Source: Macrostomum lignano (lineage: Eukaryota). From it: a stretch of DNA of 64,000 nt. Within the stretch, counting starts at the first letter, position 1. Each line of letters begins with the position of its first letter. The stretch is from contig NIVC01000848.1 of NCBI GenBank assembly GCA_002269645.1, positions 1 to 64,000 on the forward strand, in the 5' to 3' direction. This document shows, piece by piece, positions 24,630 through 37,314 of the stretch. A program made the position numbers and the translations under genes. The notes under the pieces are model-generated. The model had not been told where the DNA came from, searched no databases, and saw only the letters and a list, made by a program, of their open reading frames with translations.

Positions 24630-25765
24630 AATACAAGGGAAAATAGAAGGGAGAGAAGTATGAAGGGAGAATATGAAGGGAGAGAGGAATGATGGCCTGA
24701 AAGGATAGAGGGATAAAGGGATAGATAAAGGTAGGGATAAAGGGAGGGATGAAGGGAGAGAATTGAAGGGAGGAATGAAGGGAGAGAGGAATGAAGGGAG
24801 AGATGAAAGGAGAGAGGAATGAAGGGAGAGAGGAATGAAGGGAGATAAGAATGAAGGGAGAGAGGAATGAAGGGAGAGAGGAATGAAGGGAGAGAGGAAT
24901 GAAGAGAGAGAGGAATGAAGGGAGATAAGAATGAAGGGAGAGATGAAGGGAGAGAGAAATGAAGGGAGATAAGAATGAAGGGAGAGAGTAATGAAGGGAG
25001 AGAGGAATGAAGGGAGAGAGGAATGAAGGGAAAGAGGAATGAAGGGAGATAAGAATGAAGGGAGAGAGGAATGAAGGGAGAGAGGAATGAAGAATGAAGG
25101 GAGAGAGGAATGAAGGGAGATAAGAATGAAGGGAAAGATGAAGGGAGAGAGGAATGAAGGGAGAGAGTAATGAAGGGAAAGAGGAATGAAGGGATGGAGG
25201 AATGAAGGGAGAGAAGAATGAAGGGAGATAAGAATGAGGGGAGAGATGAAGGGAGAGAAGAATGAAGGGAGATAAGAATGAAGGGAGAGAGTAATGAAGG
25301 GAGAAAGGAATGAAGGGAGAGAATAATGAAGGGAGAGAGGAATGAAGGGAGAGAAGAATGAAGGGAGAGAAGAATGAAGGGAGAGAGTAATGAAGGGAGA
25401 AAGGAATGAAGGGAGAGAATAATGAAGGGAGAGAGGAATGAAGGGAGAGAGGAATGAAGGGAGAGAGGAATGAAGGGAGAAAGGAATGAAGGGAGATAGG
25501 AATGAAGGGATGGAGGAATGAAGGGAGAGAAGAATGAAGGGAGAGAAGAATGAAGGGAGAGAGTAATGAAGGGAGAGAGGAATGAAGGGAGAGAGGAATG
25601 AAGGGAGAAAGGAATGAAGGGAGATAGGAATGAAGGGATGGAGGAATGAAGGGACATGGAAATGAAGGGAGAGAGGAATGAAGGGAGAAAGGAATGAAGG
25701 GAGATAGGAATGAAGGGATGGAGAAATGAAGGGACATGGAAATGAAGGGAGAAAAAAGAGAAAGG
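24630..25765. repeat. purine-rich 16-17 bp intronic repeat GAATGAAGGGAGAGAG
   Basis: Directly visible; source of the SLHSSLPSFLSPFI repeat ORFs. Confidence 0.93.
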
Positions 25766-25865
25766 GTGAAAGAAGGGAAGAGGGAAGACAGAGAAGAAGA
25801 AGCAATAGAAAAAAAGTGACGCAGTACTCAAAATAGCCCAATGCGAAATCTGACTGAACTCTCAC

Positions 25866-26299
25866 CCGGATCTCGCCGTGCAGATCCTCCTGCAGTCGGT
25901 GCATTCTGTTCCCGTCGCAATTGGGATTGAGCAGGTGAGCGGAGCGGAAGAAGGCCATGTACTTGTCCAAGATGCTGTCCAACTGCGGCTGCAGGTCATC
26001 GCACAGGTCGGAGCCGCCGAACACGGCGTCCAGCAGGTAGGCTCGGACGATGCCGGACACAACCGACTCGTCAATAAACGCGCTGGCGTTATCGGCCGAG
26101 ACTTTGCTGTCTGCATTGTTGCCGTCGCCGTCGCCGTCGCCGCGTAGCCGGTCGCCAAGGCAGGCGAGCGCTTCGTCAACGCAGTTGCCAAGCAGAGCGT
26201 GCGAGTGCAGCAGATCGTCCACTGCGAATCGCGAAAGCAGGCCGACAACGCGGAGCTCTTCGTAGTTCAAAGAGTACACCGTTGTGGCCTTCCAGTCGT
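25866..26299 (-). CDS. cytochrome P450-like protein, exon 2 (C-F helices)
   Basis: Acceptor CCCCCCAG|AC (phase 1), donor CGG|GTGAGA (phase 0); WK at the C-helix position and IVRAYLLDAVFG at the E-helix (VFG) position. Confidence 0.78.
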
Positions 26300-26354
26300 C
26301 TGGGGGGAGGGGGACGGGAGATAGATAATTATCATCACCACTGTCCTGATTATA

Positions 26355-26700
26355 GCTTATCATCAGCATAATCATCATCATAATAATCATAATCATAATC
26401 ACAATTATCATCATAATTATCTTCATAATCATAATAATAATAATAATCACAATTATCATCATAATTAACATAATCATCATAGCTAATAAATATTATCATC
26501 ATCATAATCATCATAATCATCCTCAAAATCATCATAATCATCCTCAAAATCATCATCTTAATCATAGTTACTCGTATCATCATAATCATTATCACTATCA
26601 GAATCATCATCTTTATCACAATTATCATCATAATCATCATAATCATAATAATAATAATCATCATTATCATAATTATCATCATAATAATCATAATAATCAC
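26355..26700. repeat. (ATC/ATA)n low-complexity intronic microsatellite
   Basis: Directly visible in P450-like intron 1. Confidence 0.9.
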
Positions 26701-26775
26701 CAGGTCTTTACAATCGTAAACAACACCAGGCAATTTTTATTACACAAAAGGTTTGGATACTCGCCGATTACTCAC

Positions 26776-27151
26776 CAAAGGCCAGGTGAGGCCTTGCATA
26801 AATCAGCTTGGAGGTGAATGCAGAGCTATAAACCACATCAGCTTGGCTGACAACAAACAGCCAGTCTCGTCGCTTATTAAATTCAACCAGCACGAATGGC
26901 TCGGTGAACTGGCGCAGGAATTCCCCAAGTAGCAGACTGGTTGGTGTCACCCGACACACTGTTGCCATTGGAAACCTCACATTCTTGCGCGTAATATACC
27001 AGGCAGTAAAGAATAATAAGACCAGAAATAGGGCTAGAATGAAGAGTACTTTAAGCAGAAAATCACTGGACTTGTTGTTTGAGAACACGCCTTCATATTG
27101 TGGCCTGTAGTCCTCACTAGTGAAGGTCTGAGATGGCATACCATTCTCCAT
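26776..27151 (-). CDS. cytochrome P450-like protein, exon 1 (N-terminal membrane anchor, beta1, RP motif)
   Basis: ATG at 27151; hydrophobic anchor FLLKVLFILALFLVLLFFTAWYI followed by basic RK; LIYARP motif; donor TTTG|GTGAGT, phase 1. Exons 376+434+300+369 = 1479 nt = 492 aa + stop. Confidence 0.78.
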
Positions 27152-29789
27152 TGTTCAAGTTTTTTAGCATGAAAGAAAAGGAAGATTGATTGGTTAGGCA
27201 ATGATATTTCACTTTAATTTTTAAATATAAAAAACGAAAAAGGTTGTTTAAAACTCTAAAAATCTTTAGCAAATATTTTTAGCAGAATGAATGAAAAAGA
27301 AAAAAGAAAAACAAGTTTAAAGAAAAACAAAGTATTTTTTCTTTTTGACACACTAACTTCTAACTATAAAATTGGTTGTTCTAATCTTGACTTATACTAA
27401 TTGATATAAATAATAGTATCAAAATGATTATTACATTCATTTATAAAGGAAAATTTGATTTACAAATAATTCTTGCATAATTTTTATCTTTATAAACAAC
27501 TAACTTTACTACGTCATAAAAGTATAAAAGTCAAAACTTCAACGACAACTATTTGTATTAAGTATTATTTACTTTTATAGTTACTGGATATAAAAAATAA
27601 AGTGCGCAGACAAAAAATGTCTTGATTTCAAATCATGCACTGACAATAACATCTAAATATGAATAAATATGATATATCCATTTATAATAATGAGATCTTC
27701 TGACTTATTGTTATTGACTAAGCATCTATAATTTACAAAAGCATGACCTTAGTGCACTATAGTATAAGGTAGCAAGCAGCTTTTCGTATGCTTTCATAAT
27801 TCTATTTCAATGAACTAAAAATTAAACAGAAAAAATTTTATTACAATTGTGACTCAATATGCATGATCGCCATTTTTAAAGACATAAAGTTATACGAAAA
27901 TATAAATACATTCAAATTATCGTTAATAATGCAATTTCGCCTCATTTTTTAGTTCTGTCAAGTACACACTAACGTTAAGTCAATATTAACATATTTTTCT
28001 GTTGTATAGAATTAGTTTTTCTCCAAAAACTGTAAGAGTGAGATAAAATATTTTGTTAAGTCTTACAAAACGTTTGAACCGAAAGCCGGTACCCGAAAGT
28101 TTCTTAAATCTACGGAAACAATTTGAAGCATTGCTAATTTAAAATAAATAAATAAAGTACGCACGTAAGATTTTTGGCTGGAACACTTCAATAAACAATA
28201 AACTTATTCTGGAGCTACATATGTTGTCTAATGGTTTCGCACAAAAATGTTATTCTTGCTTGATTGTCAATGTTAAATAACTCAATAATCATGATACACG
28301 TACATATAGCCTTTTTAGTTGGCAACGACATTGATTTTGCATTGTCAATAGACTTTATACATGCAAGAGCTTCCAAAAAGAATTAAATTCTATTTACTAT
28401 TTACATCTATACCAATCAAACAGCCTTACTCTTTAGAAGCAAATGAAAGAAACACTTCAATCTGATTTTATAAGTGTGCAGTGGGTCACTTATTTATGCA
28501 CCACGTACGTACATGTACAAAGATGAGGTAAAATTATTTCGGTCTGAAATTGCGAGAGTACAATATACGGAATAATGAATTTAAATCTGTTAAACAGCCC
28601 AACAAAGTAGGAAAGGGACGACCGTTGCACACTAAAAAACGTTTTAATTCTAGTCCAGAAGCTGCATGGCCGACTAGAACTGGGAGCTTCTCTAACTAAG
28701 AGGAGAGGTCGATCAGAGACTTTGAGGAGAGCGAGAAGAATTGGAAGCGATACAGACAACATGCGAGCTTTAAGCCTTGATCTTTCACTGCTTCTTGTTG
28801 CCACCTGCCACTGGCTAAGCAGCTTTTTAGGCCCCTAGGTATTAACAGCAGAGAAGCTCCAGCGAGAGAAGATGAGTCGGGGATTGGGAGTTGGGGATAA
28901 TTGAAAGCTAAACCACTCAAACGATTGATGACTTTGCTAAAAAGAGGGGCGAAATGAGATATGGGATATATATGTTAAAGAGAGGCAATAAGGGGGCGGG
29001 CGTACAAGACAGTGGATCCCTTAGAGAGCAAAGTGAATTGAGGAGGATAGGGGAAGTGGGGGGGGGCTGCCGACAACTCAGCAACGTGCCGCGAAGCTGA
29101 CTCAGTTTGGGGAGAGGCAGGAGGAGCAGATGCGATGAAGCTCAACCGGAGACTGAGAAAGCAAGGGGTGGGGGGGGGGAGGAAGACACGCGGACACCTG
29201 GCTGGCTGCTGGTTTAGCCTCTACTTAAAACTCTTTGATCTGTAATTTGCTGAAGTAGCAACAATTCAAGATTAAATGTCTGTCTTACCCATCTATCCCC
29301 TTCGCTCCCCTGGCCTACTCGTAATAGGCTGATCTCAGAGAGCTGAGTGCTTTTAGTCGAATATCATCCAGCTGAGTCCTATCAGGGGGGGGGGCATCAC
29401 TGCGCAGAACTGTTATTTAACGCGAGGCCATATCGGCGCTGGCTTTTTTGCCTGTTAAAGCTTTCAACTCATCATCATCATCTGCCTAATAGAGACTTAA
29501 TTCCCAGCTGCGATTGTAGTTTTTAAAAAGGCTTGTCGGATTAGACATTGTGCGAGATGCGGGGGCTGCAATATTTTATTATTCCCTAGTGCTGGAGCTC
29601 AGGTGCACATCGAATCTCGCCCTTCCCCACGCCCTCGAAGTGACCAATTATTTGTTTGACCGGCCTCTCGCAGTTAGTGGCTGCCCCCCCCCCTAGTTCA
29701 TGCTTTTTGTGCCAAAATAGGCCTTCTGGCTGGGCAAGTTATAATTTGCTGAATTTGAAAGCTGAGTTGCAGATTTTTAGACATAGACA

Positions 29790-29925
29790 GAACACAGTAG
29801 CACTGCAGACACAGAGTAGCACTGCAGACACAGAGTAGCACTGCATGGACACAGAGTAGCACTGCAGACACAGAGTAGCACTGCATGGACACAGAGTAGC
29901 ACTGCAGACACAGAGTAGCACTGCT
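29790..29925. repeat. 19/21 bp minisatellite ACAGAGTAGCACTGCA(TG)GAC
   Basis: About 7 copies. Confidence 0.85.
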
Positions 29926-30869
29926 AGTGAAGTAATTTTAGCCAACCTGCAGTTAATTAAAAATCCAATTTAATCTGGTTTTTAAGCTGGTGAAGAGGTG
30001 GCTTATAGCAATTACCAGATACAGGTGTATCGCTTCGAGTTTCTAATTGGAAAAATTATCCAACCCCTCCGTCATAAAAGAAAAGAAATTAATTTTTTCC
30101 GCCAGTCGGTTCGACAGCCAGGCAAAGGAAAAGCGAATATTGCTTCGATTTAGTTAGTAAGGCCTGCTTCTTAGCTGAAAAAATTGACTCACACCCCAAC
30201 CAGAAATGCCGTCTCCGTTATCATTAAAGGATTAAACAGGGCCTCTCCATCTACCATGTTGTCTTGAGGAGGAGAGAAGAGGGACAGGCAGGCAGATCGA
30301 GAGGGACGCCCCTCAGTGTTTTGTCCATATCAATTATGACAGATTTCCCTTTTATAAATCCATACCTGCCTTGGTCGCCTTAAAAATCCTCAAACACGTC
30401 TCAAATCCCAGCCTTTTAATGCGATAAGTTGGCCCCCCCCGCGCTGTCAAGCATTGCGTCACAGTCGTTTTTATGACTGATGAATCCTCAGGGTCTTCGC
30501 TTGCATCTGCTGGATTACATATTTAGCTAGCATGGGTTGAGAATATTAATGCATAGGTTGTGTTTAACGGAGAACACACCTGCCAACAGGCATACTGTAA
30601 ACAGTCGCTAATTTAGACTTGAATTGCGCCAACAAAAAGTGCTAAGTGCTTCGATTTTTACTTTGTGATTGTCCGGGCACACACCTGGTGGATAAGTGGC
30701 ATAAAAACAATGCGCAGTTCGCTCACACGGCATGGCCAGTAAAAGCAGACTGAAGCGATTACAGAGGGACGATCAAAAGAGGCAAGTTTTATGGAGTGAC
30801 AGTTGAATAGTGACCTCTGGATGGAGATGGGCAAGTTGAGAGTGAATAGTTTCGAATGATAGTATGGGA

Positions 30870-31110
30870 ATGACGGTTTGAGAGTGACGGTTTGAGAGTG
30901 ACGGTTTGAGAGTGACGGTTTGAGAGTGACAGTTTGAGAGTGACGGTTTGAGAGTGACAGTTTCTGAGCGACAGTTTGAGAGTGACAGTTTCTGAGCGAC
31001 AGTTTGAGATTGAGTTTGAGAGTGACAGTTTAGGAGTGACAGTTTCTAAGTGATAGTTTGAGAGTGACAGTTTGGGAGAGACAGTTTGAGAGTGACAGTT
31101 TGGAAGTGAT
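30870..31110. repeat. 14 bp minisatellite GAGAGTGACRGTTT
   Basis: Directly visible. Confidence 0.85.
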
Positions 31111-31214
31111 AGCTTAGGGGTGAAAGTTTGTGTGTGAAAGCTCGCTAGTAACTGTTCGGGAGTGACAGAATGTTATTAGTAGTTTTGGAGTGACACTTCG
31201 GGAGTGACGGAACT

Positions 31215-31820
31215 TAAGTGACAGAATGTGAGTGACAGAATGCGAGTGACAGCATGTGAGTGACAGAATGTAAGTGACAAAATGCACTGACAGAATGTGA
31301 GTGACAGCATGTGAGTGACAGAATATGAGTGACAGCATGTGAGTGACAAAATATGAGTGACAGAATGTGAGTGACAGAGTATGAGTGACAGAATGTGAGT
31401 GACAGAATGTGAGTGACAGAATGTGAGTGACAGAATGTGAGTGACAGAATGAGAGTGACAGAATGTGAGTGACAGAATGTGAGTGACAGAATATGAGTGA
31501 CAGAATGTGAGTGACAGAATGTGAGTGACAGCATGTGAGTGACAGAATTTAAGTGACAAAATGCAGTGACAGAATATGAGTGACAGAATGTGAGTGACAG
31601 AATGTGAGTGACAGAATATGAGTGACAGAATGTGAGTGACAGCATGTGAGTGACAGAATGTGGGTGACAGAATTTAAGTGACAAAATGCAGTGACAGAAT
31701 GTGAGTGACAGAATGCAGTGACAGAATTTAAGTGACAAAATGCAGTGACAGAATGTGAGTGACAGCATGTGAGTGACAGAATGTAAGTGACAGAATGCAG
31801 TGACAGAATATGAGTGACAG
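31215..31820. repeat. 14 bp minisatellite GAGTGACAGAATGT
   Basis: About 40 copies. Confidence 0.92.
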
Positions 31821-32654
31821 TTGAGCAGGGAATGCAAGTGGGCAGCAATGAGCTGGAATTATCTAGAATCCACCCGCCTAAGCCCTAAACGCAATCCAGC
31901 TCAGGAATCGAATTCGTCACACCCTACGGTCCCCCCTGACAAATCTGATGAAGCGAACTCGAAGCCGTCCTCCCCAGCAATTATTTAAGCTATTAGAAGC
32001 AGAAGCTGCTGCTAGCCAACAGCAAGGTGCACACTGAGTGTAAGGAAACACGCCAGACGCAACAGGAGGAAGGAACACAAGGCCTGCTGCTCTGCGCTCG
32101 CCACTTTTCCAGTTCGTGTTGCTAATTTCTCTCTAAAACTGTCCCCAAACTGCTGCAAGCCACTGCTTATTGCTTGGCTTTGTCTTCCGCCAAGCTTTTA
32201 TCAATTGGGCGGGCTGAAATCCGATCTGGAACTTGTTGGATAGAAAATTACAGCCTTCCGATCTGGTTTAGCCTCGCCTCAGTCCATGCACCCCCCCCCC
32301 CCCTACCCCCAGCGATTCGGCATAATTGCTTAGCTATTAAAAATCTGTGCAGGCAAGCGAACGCCTTCGGGAGACAGGGGGGATCCTGTTGCTAGCCTGA
32401 GCGCTTTGCCAGCCTTAGTAGCCTATTTGTTGTACCATGATGGCCGACAATCATTGTCCAGCAGCTTCAATCAAGTCTGGATGGATTGGCAGATCATCTT
32501 TCCGCTGACGTGTGCTATTAATTAAAGTAAAAATATTGCCAAACTTGTCAGTAGGGAGGATGGCATTGAAATTTGAAGAAGTCAGGTGGAGTGACAGGTT
32601 TATGACATGGAGGACGGGGTGAAACCAGCTGGGGGAGAGACAAAATACCGAAAG

Positions 32655-33290
32655 AGTGACAGACTAATGGAGTGACAAATTAATGGAGTGACAGATTAAT
32701 GGAATGACAGATTAAATGGAGTGACAGACTAATGGAGTGACAGACTTATGGAGTGACAGACTAATGGAGTGACAGACTTATGGAGTGACAGACTAATGGA
32801 GTGACAGATTAATTGTTGGAGTAAAAAACTAATGAAGTGACAGACTTATGGAGTGACAGACTTGAGGAGTGACATGCTTGAGGAGTGACAGGCTTGAGGA
32901 GTGACAGGCTTGAGGAGTTACATGCTTGAGGAGTGACAGGCTTGGGGAGTGACAGACTTAAGGAGTGACAGGCTTGAGAAGTGACAGGCTTGAGAAGTGA
33001 CAGGCTTGAGAAGTGACAGGCTTGAGGAGTTACAGGCATGAGGAGTGACAGGCTTGAGAGGAGTTACATGCTTGAGAAGTGACAGGCTTAGGAGTTACAT
33101 GCTTGAGGAGTGACAGGCTTGAGAAGTGACAGGCTTGAGAAGTGACAGGCTTGAGAAGTGACAGGCTTGAGGAGTTACAGGCATGAGGAGTGACAGGCTT
33201 GAGAGGAGTTACATGCTTGAGAAGTGACAGGCTTAGGAGTTACAGGCTTGAGGAGTGAGAGGCTTGGGGAGTTACAGGCTTGGAGGAGTG
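32655..33290. repeat. 16 bp minisatellites GGAGTGACAGACTAAT and GAGGAGTGACAGGCTT
   Basis: Two sub-arrays sharing the GAGTGACAG core. Confidence 0.9.
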
Positions 33291-34019
33291 AAAGTCACCC
33301 CGCGATCAACCGAGGCTGAGAATCCCAGAAAAAAGTGATTACACAAGGCAGCAGGTAACTAAGCTTAACAAATTCAATAAAGCGTGCCTCGATCTGCTTG
33401 TGCCAGACTCTTGATGTCCCAAGGCTCCCAAGCCGAGCTCAATATTAAAATAATAACAGGATCTAATTAAACGGATTAAATTGCAGAGTCGCCAAAAAAC
33501 CAAACACACACACACAGATGTGAGTGAATGGCACCCTTCATCTCAGGCCAGGATTCGTGCTTGCCAAGTGATGGATTCGGCTGGCGTCCCGCTGCGAAGC
33601 GCCGGAGAGGGCCGTGCCGATTGCTTGAAGGAAAGAAGGAAAGAAAGACTATGGGGGATTGGGAAAAGGCATCAGCGGCATTGGCCTCATCAAATCAGCT
33701 GGAATGATGGCTAATAGACTGCAATCACGGATCTCGGGCCTCCCTATCAGCTCCGGGTGATGAGTTGGGGAAACATCTCCGGAAGGCCCTTCCATTTCTC
33801 CGACTGTCTCCTGCGAAAGCAACATCGGCAAGGAAAATTTCTTCATCTGTATATTGTTGCATGTTGCTTTCAGATTTCTGCGCCGTTAATAACCCGGAGA
33901 GCGCGGGTCTTCAACAAGCAGACGGACGTCATAATTTTCAATTCGGCTCAATTTCTTCTTCAGGCCTGCTCAGGCCAACTTCCTTCACTTCCTGACTCGG
34001 CTTCTGCAATCAGTTCGGC

Positions 34020-34750
34020 ATTTGAAACTGTGAATTTCAGCCATGATGAGGGCGGGGTATTTCTCACATTGTAGGGGGAATTTCAGCCATGATGAGGGCG
34101 GGGTATTTCCCGCACTGTAGGGGAATTTCATCCATAATTAGGGCGGGGTATTTCTCACACTGTAAGGGAATTAACTCCATGATTAGGGCGGGTATTTCTC
34201 ACATTGTAGGGGGAATTTCAGCCATGATGAGGGCGGGGTATTTCCCAAACTGTAGGGGAATTTCATCCATAATTAGGGCGGGGTATTTCTCACACTGTAG
34301 GGGGAAAATCATCCATGATTAGGGCGGGTATTTCTCACACTGTAGGGGGAATATCATCCATGATTAGGGCGGGTATTTCTCACACTGTAGGGGGAATATC
34401 ATCCATGATTAGGGCGGGGTATTTCTCACACTGTAAGGGAATTAAATCCATGATTAGGGCGGGGTATTTCTCACACTGTAGGGGGAAAATCATCCATGAT
34501 TAGGGCGGGGTATTTCTCACACTGTAAGGGAATTAAATCCATGATTAGGGCGGGGTATTTCTCACACTGTAGGGGGAATATCATCCATGATTAGGGCGGG
34601 GTATTTCTCACACTGTAAGGGAATTAAATCCATGATTAGGGCGGGGTATTTCTCACACTGTAGGGGGAATATCATCCATGATTAGGGCGGGGTATTTCTC
34701 ACACTGTAAGGGAATTAAATCCATGATTAGGGCGGGGTATTTCCCACACT
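34020..34750. repeat. 45/46 bp minisatellite CATGATTAGGGCGGGGTATTTCTCACACTGTAAGGGAATTAAATC
   Basis: Periods 46 and 45 alternate (34449, 34495, 34540); about 16 copies. Confidence 0.92.
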
Positions 34751-35279
34751 TTAGAGGAAGCGGTGTCCATCTATTTGAGCTGTCCATGAATCTATTATAA
34801 AAGTACCCATATTGTCTCAGAGCCAAAAACTGTGCATTAAGTGCCCCTACTATTCATCTTATCGATGCTATCCGATGCCAAAGCAATTTTGCGTGCAGTT
34901 AGTCTTCTGCTTCTGCAATTCGAGGCCATCATATCGAGGCTTTTGAGCAGCCACTCCTCCTCCCGAATAATTCTGAGACGCAATTGTCTCAAGAATCCCG
35001 CGGGGTGCTCAGAACTCGGCCCATTAAAGCTTAACTGATCGCTGAGTTGAGTATATCAGTGACTATTGCCGTCTGAGATACATTGGGCATCAGTTTGCAC
35101 AGCTTTGCAATTCTATCCATTGGACAAGAAGCCGAGTTAGAGATGCCTCCTTAAAATTTGTTGTTGGTTTATTTAGTCTGCAAATAACTCTGTTTGACTT
35201 TAGAATCTCAAAAATTATGAAAGATTTCATAGTTTTAGTTCAATATGGGTTATTCAGATGCAAGTCAATAAATAGTAGC

Positions 35280-36235
35280 TGTCAAATGGCGTCAAATGGA
35301 AGTCAAATGGGAGTCAAATGGAAGTCAAATGGAAGTCAAATGGGAGTCAAATGGGAGTCAAATGGAAGTCAAGTGGAAGTCAAATGAGAGTCAAATAGAA
35401 GTCAAATGGCGTCAAATGAAAGTCAAATGGCGTCAAATGGAAGTCAAATGAGAGTCAAATAGAAGTCAAATGGCGTCAAATGAAAGTCAAATGAAAGTCA
35501 AATGAGAGTCAAATAGAAGTCAAATGGCGTCAAATGAAAGTCAAATGGCGTCAAATGGAAGTCAAATGGCGTTAAATAGAAGTCAAATGGCGTCAAATGA
35601 AAGTCAAGTGAGAGTCAAATGGAAGTCAAATGGCGTCAAATGGAAGTCAAATGGCGTCAAATGGAAGTCAAATGGCGTCAAATGGAAGTCAAATGAGAGT
35701 CAAATGGCGTCAAATGGAAGTCAAATGGCGTCAAATGGAAGTCAAATGGCGTCAAATGGAAGTCAAATGGGAGTCAAATGGAAGTCAAATGGGAGTCAAA
35801 TAGAAGTCAAATGGCGTCAAATGGAAGTCAAATGGCGTCAAATGGAAGTCAAATGGCGTCAAATGGAAGTCAAATGGCGTCAAATAAAAGTCAAATGAGA
35901 GTCAAATGGAAGTCAAATGAGAGTCAAATGGAAGTCAAATGGGAGTCAAATGAGAGTCAAATGGAAGTCAGATGGGAGTCAAATGGAAGTCAAGTGGTCG
36001 TCAAAAGGGGTCAAGTGACGATCAAATGGCGTCAAATGGGAGTCAAATGGAAGTCAAATGGAAGTCAAATGGCGTCAAGTGGTGATCAAGTGGCGTCAAG
36101 TGGTGATCAAATGGCGTCAAGTGGTGATCAAATGGCGTCAAGTGGTGATCAAATGGCGTCAAGTGGTGATCAAATGGCGTCAAGTGGTGATCAAATGGCG
36201 TCAAGTGGTGGTCGGTCAAATGGCGTCAAATGGAA
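35280..36235. repeat. 10/11 bp repeat GTCAAATGG(C/AA), grading into a 21 bp unit GTCAAGTGGTGATCAAATGGC
   Basis: Directly visible; source of the MASNGSQ repeat ORFs. Confidence 0.92.
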
Positions 36236-36502
36236 GTGAAACGGCGCCAACCGAGAGCCCCCAGTTGTTGCAGCAAAGTCAACCAACTTTCCGCCTTTTT
36301 CCCGAGCAGAAAGCGACAGAGGTGTGGCACAAGTTGAGAAAATTTCTGAGGATCTTCCAATCCAATGAAAGGGATTAACGCGGCTGCTTAGGTAACAAAG
36401 AGGCACAAAGGGGGGAGAACAGAGGAGAAAGTTAAAACTAGAGGAGAAGCTTCTGCCACTCACTCCACTAGAAGAAGAAAGAAGCGGAAAGATTAGCGCG
36501 GA

Positions 36503-36534
<32 letters not shown>

Positions 36535-37314
36535 TTAAAAAGGAATAATTTGTGTAATTGAAGAAATTACTTAGAAAATGAAAATAACCCTGCCGGTTGC
36601 AGAGAGGCCGACGGGTCACCTTTGAGATTTTCTAAGATTGGGAAACCGAACAGGAAGCAGCAGGGCCCAGCAAATCAGCCGCTAAAGTCTCTTTTGCAGA
36701 AGAAATCATTGGCTAAATTAAGGATGAAAATAAAAATCATCAGACCCTCAACATCGGCTGCGGCCGGAGGGGTAGGGAAGGACGGAGCGCGGTGTCAGTG
36801 CAGCTGGGGATTTTGGGGAAGCTTTCTCCTCCCCCGGATGAAGGCTTAAATGGTTGCTAACAGCCCCGGCTGATTACCCTGGCTAGCAACAATCTGCTAA
36901 TGACACGAAGGCCTCTCTAATTTCTCTGCTTTTGCTTTTCCACCCGAGCAAGGAGCTGAAATATGACTTGGAGTTTTTGGGAAAACACACACACGAAAGC
37001 AATCATGGTCTCCTGTGTATGCTTTTCCTGTCAGCTTTGAGGAAATCAAGTTTAATATCTTGCAACCGATGCCTTTTAATTGGACCGGCAAAGCAGTCTG
37101 TAAGCGTAATTACTTCTCCGATCCTCCTGCGTTGAAGGCAACACGGGGTACGAGATAATAAGTGACTCAAAATAGTCAGTTGCTAATTCACTCATCACTG
37201 AAAAGCATAGATAAATTACTCTTTGGCGTAATTGGAACTATGAGTAATAATTGACAGTCAAAATAAATTGTGTCACAAAAGAATCAACACAAAGTTGCCA
37301 CAAAAATATGTGTA

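Noticed and set aside
28490-28920. Minus-strand ORFs upstream of the P450-like gene
   Set aside because: No homology cues or consistent splice sites; more likely UTR or regulatory sequence.
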